Below are positions 9,960 to 17,713 of a DNA stretch of 64,000 nucleotides, in pieces. The stretch is from the IMG/VR virus record IMGVR_UViG_2706796514_000001, positions 65,960-129,959 of that record; one strand, written 5' to 3'. Numbering within the stretch: position 1 is the first letter of the stretch; each line of letters starts with the position of its first letter. The stretch comes from a virus. Position numbers and translations under genes: made by a program. Under the pieces are notes generated by a model that searched no databases, was not told the DNA's origin, and saw only the letters and a program-made list of their open reading frames with translations.

Positions 9960-10017
9960 ATATAACAAGTGATTCAACGAAGATTCGCTACGCTCACTTG
10001 TTAACCAAGCGTTATAC
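9960..10017 (+). mobile_element. integron attC site 1
   Basis: R'' ATATAAC, 5 nt, L'' ATTCAACG (extra C), spacer, L' TGTTAAC, 5 nt, R' GTTATAC: canonical 7-5-8-n-7-5-7 layout. Confidence 0.85.
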
Positions 10018-10099
10018 GTTTCACACGTTCAGAGTAGTGTGATACTCTTGGTACTCTGTAGTGTTAGCTACAATCCCTAAATTAATAAGGAAATTAAAA
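10011..10099 (+). repeat. cassette leader, direct repeat copy 1 (copy 2 at 11419-11506)
   Basis: about 88 bp identical apart from one A; contains TACAAT and an AAGGA SD before an ATG. Confidence 0.95.
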
Positions 10100-10327
10100 A
10101 TGAACACCCAAGAATATAAGCTGTAGAGACAATACGAACCGAGAATAGATGAAATCAATTCACGTTTAGATATTGTGGATGAGGAAATACCTAAATTACA
10201 AAAGAAGTATCGTACTTCTGGTTACAAAGCTTCTGCCATAGATGAACTTTTATCTTACGAGAAAGAGTCTAGCGAACTTCACCAAGAAAAGTTTCAAATT
10301 TGGAATAAGATAAAAACTGGTCTATAG
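10100..10327 (+). pseudogene. cassette A plus-strand gene with a premature amber codon
   Basis: ATG 10100 after SD; TAG at 10124-10126; the same frame stays open to TAG 10325-10327. Confidence 0.7.
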
Positions 10328-10514
10328 CTTCTGAGACGTTCAATGCAAACTCCTCTGTATCTAACACTTTAGTATCAAGGGCTTTTCCTTGTTTTTGGGC
10401 GGATAATATTAATTTATTTATCTCATAGCGGTTTTCTAAAGTATTTTCCATTTGAGACACAATATCTTTAAACATCTTCAAATCAAAAAGGGCTTTATCT
10501 GTTACATCATTCAT
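10269..10514 (-). CDS. cassette A minus-strand hypothetical protein
   Basis: 81-aa ORF with GAAGGA SD in the repeated trailer. Confidence 0.8.
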   Translation of the reverse strand: MNDVTDKALFDLKMFKDIVSQMENTLENRYEINKLILSAQKQGKALDTKVLDTEEFALNVSEAIDQFLSYSKFETFLGEVR

Positions 10515-10569
10515 ATTATTTTCCTTCTATATTATTTAAAATTAAACTTGCTCACTATTGAACATAAAC

Positions 10570-10626
10570 GGATAACAAGTTGCTAAAACGGACTCACTAC
10601 GTTCGCCGCTTAGCAAGGCGTTATAT
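10570..10626 (+). mobile_element. integron attC site 2
   Basis: GGATAAC-AAGTT-GCTAAAAC...GCTTAGC-AAGGC-GTTATAT; identical to attC4 up to the crossover. Confidence 0.85.
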
Positions 10627-10651
10627 GCTCCTCTAATCCTGAGAATACGTC

Positions 10652-11263
10652 TCATTCAAGAGGTTTTTCACACTTTTTCAGTAAATCCATTAAGTGGGAA
10701 TGATCCTCTAAGTTAGTCCCCTTATCATACTTCTTTTGGTAGAGTTTAAAAGCTTCTGAAGTATTGGATATAAAAGGGAACCGTTTAAGTTCTTTACTCT
10801 CGTCATTGTTAGTCCCAAACTTCCCAAAATTATACATAACCTCCATACAATAGAAGTGGTTTATTGCTAAGTTCTCAACCTTCTTTATAGCTTCGTCTAC
10901 GGGTATTTCAAATATATCTCCCATATCTACGAAAGAGTTCTCAAATTTTAAAAACCTCCGCAAAGCTTCTTTGTCTTTTGTCCCATAAGAAAACAAGGAA
11001 AATTTGACCCATCCCCGTAAGTCATCCCAGCAAAACTGACCTGCATACTCATAACTACAAACGGCAGTGTCACCACAAGGGTTGTATTTATTCCAACATA
11101 AAGTGTTGTATAGGTTTTGTATGCTAGTTAAACTATCCTCTTTCCTTTTAAATTCTTTCCTAAATCGGTACCTACTTAGTAATCCTACGAACACTGCGCC
11201 TCCTATAACAGGTAGTATTATCCAGACTATTTTATTAAACACTTCTTTAATTAAATCTTCCAC
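10652..11263 (-). CDS. cassette B protein with an N-terminal transmembrane helix
   Basis: 203-aa ORF (GTG start) lying between attC2 and attC3, antisense to the attC orientation. Confidence 0.8.
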   Translation of the reverse strand: MEDLIKEVFNKIVWIILPVIGGAVFVGLLSRYRFRKEFKRKEDSLTSIQNLYNTLCWNKYNPCGDTAVCSYEYAGQFCWDDLRGWVKFSLFSYGTKDKEALRRFLKFENSFVDMGDIFEIPVDEAIKKVENLAINHFYCMEVMYNFGKFGTNNDESKELKRFPFISNTSEAFKLYQKKYDKGTNLEDHSHLMDLLKKCEKPLE

Positions 11264-11348
11264 TTAACAATTCCATTTTAGAAAATTGCATAATACCCTG
11301 TAATAACTGCTAAATAAAATTAAGTCTTGGTAGCTTTATTTAAAAAGC

Positions 11349-11425
11349 ATATAACAAGACAATTAAGAAGGACACGTAACAGCTCGCTACGCTCCTTCAC
11401 CGTGCCTCTTATTGAGGTGTTATAC
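11349..11425 (+). mobile_element. integron attC site 3
   Basis: ATATAAC-AAGAC-AATTAAGA...TCTTATT-GAGGT-GTTATAC; inner CACG/CGTG stem; R'' is the exact complement of the cassette B start GTTATAT. Confidence 0.85.
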
Positions 11426-11506
11426 GTTTCACACGTTCAGAGTAGTGTGATACTCTTGGTACTCTGTAGTGTTAGCTACAATCCCTAAATTAATAAGGAA
11501 ATTAAA
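11419..11506 (+). repeat. cassette leader, direct repeat copy 2
   Basis: matches 10011-10099. Confidence 0.95.
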
Positions 11507-11755
11507 ATGATTAGTTACAATGAAGAAACGGTATTCAACATAACTTTTGAAACTAAGAGATCAAGCACTTGGGTTGATATGTTTGAAACGGAAATGTATT
11601 TCAATTATCTCCCTAGAACCAATGATATTATAAACATCGACTCTTGTTACATGAGAGTTTTATCTGTTGAATACGATTATAAGTTTCAGTTCAACCCTAC
11701 TGTTCGTGTTGAAGAGCTTGGGCACTTTGAAGAATACTCTCGTAATCATCTTTAG
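11507..11755 (+). CDS. cassette C plus-strand hypothetical protein
   Basis: 82-aa ORF with AAGGA SD in the repeated leader. Confidence 0.8.
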   Translation: MISYNEETVFNITFETKRSSTWVDMFETEMYFNYLPRTNDIINIDSCYMRVLSVEYDYKFQFNPTVRVEELGHFEEYSRNHL

Positions 11756-11915
11756 GTCGTTTCTGACCGCACCATGAAAGGATTTGGTTACTGAAACGGT
11801 TTAGTGGATCTTGTGGGTTCGTTAAGAGTACGGCTTTAATATTAAGAGTTTTTAGCTGTTCTTCAAAACTACCCTTAATTTCCACCAACTTATTCTCTTG
11901 TGTAATCACGTACAT
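11697..11915 (-). CDS. cassette C minus-strand hypothetical protein
   Basis: 72-aa ORF with GAAGGA SD in the repeated trailer. Confidence 0.8.
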   Translation of the reverse strand: MYVITQENKLVEIKGSFEEQLKTLNIKAVLLTNPQDPLNRFSNQILSWCGQKRPKDDYESILQSAQALQHEQ

Positions 11916-11971
11916 ATTAATTTTCCTTCTATATTATTTAAAATTAAACTTGCTCATTATTGAGCATAAAC

Positions 11972-12028
11972 GGATAACAAGTTGCTAAAACGGACTCACT
12001 ACGTTCGCCGCTTAGCAAGGCGTTATCT
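11972..12028 (+). mobile_element. integron attC site 4
   Basis: same sequence as attC2, with R' GTTATCT; the preceding ~50 bp (11920-11971) repeats 10518-10569 with two substitutions. Confidence 0.85.
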
Positions 12029-12030
12029 AA

Positions 12031-12059
12031 ATACTAACAAACCTCAATCTCGATGTCAA
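12031..12059 (-). promoter_or_regulatory. sigma70-type phage promoter firing into the cassette array
   Basis: TTGACA-17-TAGTAT; predicted start near 12024, at the attC4 crossover. Confidence 0.7.
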
Positions 12060-12249
12060 CACCCCCTATTAAAATAGAACATCCTTGTTCAATATATAAT
12101 TCCGATCTAATGAAACCTTATGGACCTGTGAATTCACTGCCTAAGTAGTCTAGTCCTTGGTCATCACTCAAATGTACAGGCTTAATGATGGTCCCTGTTG
12201 AACCTAAAGGTTCGTAGTCATCTTTCATACTATTATACCTTTTGTTGTG

Positions 12250-12396
12250 TTATTCAAAACTACGTTTAAGTAGTCGCTGAGCTTTCCTACGTTTCTTATC
12301 GGAAAGACGTTTACTTTTACCAGAATCCTTTTTGAGGAATTTAGAATCATCTTCTTCCTCAAAATCACCTTTGCGTTTACTACTTCGATTTACCAT
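12250..12396 (-). CDS. small basic hypothetical protein
   Basis: likely start MVNRSSKR; K/R-rich. Confidence 0.6.
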   Translation of the reverse strand: MVNRSSKRKGDFEEEDDSKFLKKDSGKSKRLSDKKRRKAQRLLKRSFE

Positions 12397-12979
12397 ACTT
12401 CTCCAGTTTAGTTTTAAGTTCATCTTTAGTGTACTTGATAAGCTTCCCTTCTGCATAAAGTCTCTCTAACCACTTCTTACCTTCGTCAACAATAGTAGCC
12501 TTACTTTTAGTAGACACTATCATCAAAGGTTCTTCTGGTCGAATAGTTTCTATGTTGAAAGAGTTAAACCAATTAGCAGTCTTAACTCTATCAAAGGATT
12601 TACTACTTATCATATTGCTCATTTGCACCTTTAGTGAACTCCACTGTAACATACGCCCTGTTCTGTTGTCAACATTGTTTTTATATTTCTCACTAGAGAT
12701 AATATCCTCATAAGGTTGACAGAAATCTAACAGTTGTGTAATCACTATGTCATCTTGTTCGTCACAAAGAGGTGGTAGCTGTATAACAAAAGTCATTATA
12801 TTAGTTTTATTCCAATCCACATCGATACCACACGTACCCAGTAGATGTAAAACCTTAAACATATTCATTCTGCTATGACAGCGTATCACTCCTGATAAAG
12901 GGAAATACTTAAAGTACGCAAAAGAATCATTGTGAGTGTAACACTCACGTAAATCTCCTACACAAGTTAAGGTGTTCAT
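12380..12979 (-). CDS. hypothetical protein
   Basis: 199-aa ORF, coupled. Confidence 0.85.
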   Translation of the reverse strand: MNTLTCVGDLRECYTHNDSFAYFKYFPLSGVIRCHSRMNMFKVLHLLGTCGIDVDWNKTNIMTFVIQLPPLCDEQDDIVITQLLDFCQPYEDIISSEKYKNNVDNRTGRMLQWSSLKVQMSNMISSKSFDRVKTANWFNSFNIETIRPEEPLMIVSTKSKATIVDEGKKWLERLYAEGKLIKYTKDELKTKLEKYGKSK

Positions 12980-13302
12980 TTCACAATAGCCTCAAAGTTA
13001 CCGATAGCTGTTTTTAATCCTGCAATAGCTATTTTACTCTTAACTAGTTTCCGTTTGTCAGACAAAGCTTCTTCCTCTGCAATACAGACATCCTGCCACA
13101 GAGGTTCTATTAGGTCACGTGTAGATAACCCCACTGCCACAACAAAGTTTTCCAGTTTAGCATAGGTTTCCTCATCCAAGGATAGTTCCTCTTTTAACGA
13201 AGTTAACAAATCGTCATGCTGCTTCTCAATAGCTTCTAGTTGTGGCAGGTATCTATTAGTTACCGTGGAGGCTGCTTCTTGTGCTAGTGTTTCTTTGGTC
13301 AT
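12976..13302 (-). CDS. hypothetical protein
   Basis: 108-aa ORF with AAGGAG SD. Confidence 0.85.
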   Translation of the reverse strand: MTKETLAQEAASTVTNRYLPQLEAIEKQHDDLLTSLKEELSLDEETYAKLENFVVAVGLSTRDLIEPLWQDVCIAEEEALSDKRKLVKSKIAIAGLKTAIGNFEAIVK

Positions 13303-13320
13303 TAGTGTTCTCCTTATAAA

Positions 13321-14574
13321 CTACGTGGTGTAGTATGCCACCGTCTCTTTATAACCACCTATATGAGTATTACCTTCGAACACCTGAGGTATAGTCTTAT
13401 AACCAAAGTTATCTAAACTGTCTACATCTACCACCCTATAAGTTATTAGGTTTTCATCTAAGAAATCTTTTAAGGAGTTACAATAACCACACCATCCTGT
13501 ACTATATACTGTCAAGACATCTTTAGGTAGCACTGTTGCTGTTTCCACAGAACTAATATCTAGTTGTAGACTATAAGACCCATAATCAACAGAACCTTTT
13601 AAAGTATCGTGACTATAGTCTGCTACACGCTCTTCAAAGAAGTTAGTGTGCTTCTTACCAGATAAAACCCAGTCCATCCAAGTAAGAGGGTTACTCACAT
13701 CTTCATAAACAGGTTTCCAACCTAGTTGTTTCATTCTAAGATTTGCAAGATACTTAATGTAAGTCTTCATATCTGCTTTAGTCATATCCTCTTGATCACC
13801 GATCTCGTATACTAGGTCTAGGAACAAGTGCTCCGCTTCAACATAGGACTTTATAATCTTCTTAACGTAGTTCATAATTTCACGTTTATCCTCTTTATTA
13901 AAGTTCTCTAACTCTTTCAAAAAGATTTTCATGTTGTTATCTACATGCTCTTCTTCGTCTCGAAGTGACCACTCATTTACCTTGTTAGTACCTTGCATCA
14001 GACCAAACCTACGAAGGTTCAACATAGAAGCAAATGCCCCGAACAGGCAAATACCCTCAGCTAAAAACAAACGAGCTAGTGTCTTCATGAAACCTACTTT
14101 AGTAGAGGGGTCTGTATCTTCCCCTCCATACATAACATCTAGCTTATCCTGCATTTCTTTGAACTTCATAAATTCCGTCCAAGAAGATTCTGGAAAAGAA
14201 AGAGCCTCTACCGCTGCTGCATAACATCTCTGGTGGGTAGATTCTCTTGCTGCCGCAACCATAAACCAGTTCCTGACTTCATTATTACCTACGTAAGGTA
14301 GTAATTGGCAGTACAACTCTCCTGCTGCGATATCCATCTGGGTAAACAAGTTTAAAACCTTAGTTAAGATTTGTTTGTTAGTCTCATGAGGTACGTTTAA
14401 TGTCTTCATACCGTCTTTAGAATAATATTGTTTAACATCATCACTGAAGTCTAATTGATGAACTTCCCAGTATAAATCTACTACATGACGCTCTACTGAC
14501 TCCATAAGATATGGATACTTAAACGGACGGTAACTCTCACTTTTATCAAAAATACTACTCATATTATCCCTCAC
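13321..14574 (-). CDS. nrdB: class Ia ribonucleotide reductase beta subunit fused to a C-terminal glutaredoxin
   Basis: di-iron ligands (ESTHQRCY, AEGICLFGAF, RDEEEH), NFFEERV tail, then WCGYC and TIPQVF glutaredoxin motifs. Confidence 0.92.
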   Translation of the reverse strand: MRDNMSSIFDKSESYRPFKYPYLMESVERHVVDLYWEVHQLDFSDDVKQYYSKDGMKTLNVPHETNKQILTKVLNLFTQMDIAAGELYCQLLPYVGNNEVRNWFMVAAARESTHQRCYAAAVEALSFPESSWTEFMKFKEMQDKLDVMYGGEDTDPSTKVGFMKTLARLFLAEGICLFGAFASMLNLRRFGLMQGTNKVNEWSLRDEEEHVDNNMKIFLKELENFNKEDKREIMNYVKKIIKSYVEAEHLFLDLVYEIGDQEDMTKADMKTYIKYLANLRMKQLGWKPVYEDVSNPLTWMDWVLSGKKHTNFFEERVADYSHDTLKGSVDYGSYSLQLDISSVETATVLPKDVLTVYSTGWCGYCNSLKDFLDENLITYRVVDVDSLDNFGYKTIPQVFEGNTHIGGYKETVAYYTT

Positions 14575-16423
14575 ATGCTAAACATTCATTATCATCATTA
14601 TCAAAAGTTGGTTTCACTGACACCGCGTTAAGAGGTTTCTCTGTCCCATCCCCTACTTTAGCTTTAACCTTACTGCTTGTTCGATAATAGTACAGACCTT
14701 TTAAACCTTTTTTCCATGCCGAGAAATGTAGGTCACTAACTTGTTGTGCTGTAGCATCAGGTCGTATGGCTAGATTTACACTCTGCCCTTGACAAACAAG
14801 CGGTTGACGTACACTAGCGTGTTCTATAACCCATCGTTGATCTATCTCCGAGGAGGTCTTGTAAACCTTCTTATCGTGTTCAGATAACCAAGGTAAACTT
14901 TGTACAGATCCGTTATCGTTTATAATGATTTTCCATTGTTGGTCTATCCATACACTACCTAACTCATTAACTTTTGCATATTCATTTATCAACTTATTAA
15001 AGTGATTGTTCTTAATTAAGAATGACCCTGAACGGCCTTGTGCAGTGAAAGCTATCCCCGCTAAAGGTTCTATGCTAGGGCTGACATTGATCAAGGAACT
15101 ACTACTAGCATTAGGGGCAATAGCCATTAAGTGTGAGTTACGCATACCACTACCTTCACAATCAGGAGCTTCTCCTCGTTCTTTCCCTAAAACCAGACTA
15201 GCTTTTACCGCACTATCTTTTATCTTCTTGTAAATTTTATAATTCTCTTGTACCGCACTATTAAAACCCCCCGATTCGAAAGGTATGCTCTTACCTTGTA
15301 AGTAACTTGCAAAACCTAACGTTCCTAATCCTATAGCCCTTTCTTGTTTAGCAGAGTAAATGGCTCGTTCTAATACTTCGGGTGCTAAAGCAATAAAATA
15401 CTCCAGTACATTATCTAACATAGTTACCAAGTCTGCAACTAGAGATGTATCTTTCCACTCATCGAACTTGTCTAAGTTTAAAGATGATAAACAACAGACA
15501 GCAGTCCTGTCCTCGTCTGTCATCAACTGTATTTCATTACATAAATTTGACTGGGAAACGTAGTACCCTTTGTTGGTTATCCAAGTGGGTAGATTCTTAT
15601 TAACAGTATCAATGAACTCCAAGTAAGGTTCTCCTGTATCTTTACGAACCTCTAACAGCTTGTGCCAAACATCCCTTGCAGAAATAAATCTACCTGTTGC
15701 ACCATGTTTAGGGTCTATCAGCTCGTAATCTTCACCCTTCACCATAGCTTCCATAAACTTATCTGTGATATTAACGCCATTGTTTAAATTAAAACATTTT
15801 AGGTTGGGATCTCCACCTACTGGGTTTCTCATATCTATAAAGTTAAGTATCTCAGGGTGATCTATCGGCAGGTACGCAGCGTAACTGCCCCTACGAGTCT
15901 CACCTTGTTTATACGCCTTAGCATCAGAATCATAACCCCTCATATGTGCCATCACACCCGTAGATTTCTCATCTACGCTTCGCATACCTGCATACAGACC
16001 TACACCGCCACCCATCATAGATAGCCAAGAAGTTTCCGCTCTAGTGTTAACTAACCCTTCTCGTGTATCAGGTATGTACGATAGGAAACAAGAAATAGGC
16101 AAACCCTCTGCTTTAACCTTAGATTTTAGGTAACCTACAACATCAGAAAACTCTAACTTTTCAGGGTAGATATGCTCTATTGCATTAGATAAAACTGGAG
16201 ATGCAAAGGTAAACCATTGTTTAGATACTGCATCGTAAATTCTCTGTGCTAACTCTAAATCTCCGTAAGAGAAACAAGTAGCTGCACGGGCAAAACTCTC
16301 CTGTGGTGACTTCTCATTACCCTTTTTATAGAAACCCTTTTTGGTTAACATAGCGTAACCTTGCTCAGGGATAATACTATCACGAGAATAATCTATGTTA
16401 ATACCTAAGTAATTTTTTACCAT
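14564..16423 (-). CDS. nrdA: class Ia ribonucleotide reductase alpha subunit (no N-terminal ATP cone)
   Basis: PISCFL, QSNLCNEI, VCCLSSLNL, AIAPNASSS, LYYYR and C-terminal CLACEG. Confidence 0.95.
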   Translation of the reverse strand: MVKNYLGINIDYSRDSIIPEQGYAMLTKKGFYKKGNEKSPQESFARAATCFSYGDLELAQRIYDAVSKQWFTFASPVLSNAIEHIYPEKLEFSDVVGYLKSKVKAEGLPISCFLSYIPDTREGLVNTRAETSWLSMMGGGVGLYAGMRSVDEKSTGVMAHMRGYDSDAKAYKQGETRRGSYAAYLPIDHPEILNFIDMRNPVGGDPNLKCFNLNNGVNITDKFMEAMVKGEDYELIDPKHGATGRFISARDVWHKLLEVRKDTGEPYLEFIDTVNKNLPTWITNKGYYVSQSNLCNEIQLMTDEDRTAVCCLSSLNLDKFDEWKDTSLVADLVTMLDNVLEYFIALAPEVLERAIYSAKQERAIGLGTLGFASYLQGKSIPFESGGFNSAVQENYKIYKKIKDSAVKASLVLGKERGEAPDCEGSGMRNSHLMAIAPNASSSSLINVSPSIEPLAGIAFTAQGRSGSFLIKNNHFNKLINEYAKVNELGSVWIDQQWKIIINDNGSVQSLPWLSEHDKKVYKTSSEIDQRWVIEHASVRQPLVCQGQSVNLAIRPDATAQQVSDLHFSAWKKGLKGLYYYRTSSKVKAKVGDGTEKPLNAVSVKPTFDNDDNECLACEG

Positions 16424-16426
16424 TAA

Positions 16427-16660
16427 TCACACCTTCCCTTGCATAAATAAAACATCTTCTTCGTGAATTAGTACATAGTTATCAACAGAGTTCTCCAGTT
16501 TACTAAGTAAATCCTTTGCTTCACGAATCTCCCCTGTCATAATGAAACTTCCTGATGGAGTAACCTTCTGGTTTGTTTCGATGAAACAAGTGACTAAATT
16601 ATGCAATTGGTTGATTTCTTCTTCACCATTAAGTTCTACTGGAAAATTACACTGCTTCAT
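16427..16660 (-). CDS. hypothetical protein
   Basis: 77-aa ORF in operon. Confidence 0.7.
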   Translation of the reverse strand: MKQCNFPVELNGEEEINQLHNLVTCFIETNQKVTPSGSFIMTGEIREAKDLLSKLENSVDNYVLIHEEDVLFMQGKV

Positions 16661-16895
16661 ATATTACTCCTACTTCTGATTGTTGTTCTTTGTTAATCTG
16701 ACCAAACTCTGGGTTATTAGACATTATCTCGTCTGCCGCAGTTTCTTCTCCGTTCATGAATTTCCAACCCATGTACTCATAAACACTCTGGAAGCCTAAG
16801 ACCTCCCAATATTGCTTCATAATACCTCCTTCTACTACATTGTTGGTTATTACTTCTGAAATCTTATACACTACTATAGTTCTCTTTATTTCCAA
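16647..16895 (-). CDS. hypothetical protein
   Basis: 82-aa ORF; start uncertain. Confidence 0.6.
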   Translation of the reverse strand: MEIKRTIVVYKISEVITNNVVEGGIMKQYWEVLGFQSVYEYMGWKFMNGEETAADEIMSNNPEFGQINKEQQSEVGVIYEAV

Positions 16896-16956
16896 AGGGT
16901 AGCTATTATTTCACGTATACTACTATTTGTCAATAGGTTTTTGTGGTTAGCAAGTG

Positions 16957-17469
16957 CTATCGTTTTCTCCTATAAACACTAACGGTTGCATCAACATCTC
17001 CGTTACCTACATCCGAGTATTGTAAAGTATCCTCGAAGTTTGTCAAGTCCACTTTAAAGAAAGTATCCGCTTCTGGATAGATGTTATCTATCGTTGTTAT
17101 GTGCCACTCATCAATCATGTCAGCGAACTGTTCGTAGATAGATGCACCACCCACAACCCAAGTATCTTTGTGGTTGAATATACTCTCACCAGAAGTAATA
17201 CACTTAGAAAATAAATCTCCGTCCAACTTTATAACACCGTCACCTTGTTGGCCTCTACCTTGAGTGGTTAGTACATAGTTATCACGTTTAGGCAGACCTT
17301 TCGGGTAGAATGGTAAACTCTTCCAAGTTTTACTCCCCATAACAACTATACCTTCAGAGGTAACCTTCTTGAAATATGCTAAATCCTTAGGGAAACTTCG
17401 TCCCCAAGGCATGTCACCATTCTGACCGATAGCACCTTGTTTGTCAACACATAATATTGCTTTAATCAT
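16957..17469 (-). CDS. folA: dihydrofolate reductase
   Basis: AIGQNGDMPW, DLAYFK, VVMGSKTW, LPKRDNYVLT, VVGGASIY and ADTFF motifs. Confidence 0.95.
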   Translation of the reverse strand: MIKAILCVDKQGAIGQNGDMPWGRSFPKDLAYFKKVTSEGIVVMGSKTWKSLPFYPKGLPKRDNYVLTTQGRGQQGDGVIKLDGDLFSKCITSGESIFNHKDTWVVGGASIYEQFADMIDEWHITTIDNIYPEADTFFKVDLTNFEDTLQYSDVGNGDVDATVSVYRRKR

Positions 17470-17705
17470 AACAATGCTTCCAGTTGAATAAGGTGTGCTA
17501 GGTCTTGTACTTGGACTTCGTAACCGTAAGAGTCACTAAGTCCTAAGCCACTCCAAATGTACAAAATACCTGTCTTGGGGTGGTATTCTAACTCACCTTT
17601 CTCTCCACTAAGGGTGTAATCGTATCTAGGCTCCCCATAACCACAGTAGTCGTCTTGGGTTTTCTCCCAGTTACCTTCTAACCAATCAATAATATCTTGG
17701 TTCAT
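17466..17705 (-). CDS. hypothetical protein
   Basis: 79-aa ORF with GAGG SD. Confidence 0.75.
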   Translation of the reverse strand: MNQDIIDWLEGNWEKTQDDYCGYGEPRYDYTLSGEKGELEYHPKTGILYIWSGLGLSDSYGYEVQVQDLAHLIQLEALL

Positions 17706-17713
17706 AAATACCT

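Noticed and set aside
10124-10126. Genome-wide TAG recoding
   Set aside because: TAG serves as a normal stop for many genes (for example thyA, nrdB and the portal), and long genes are not fragmented.
9960-12028. CRISPR array or simple tandem duplication as the explanation for the repeats
   Set aside because: The repeats are 57-90 bp, separated by 600-800 bp of gene-bearing DNA, and have attC geometry. There are no regular 30-40 bp spacers and no cas genes.
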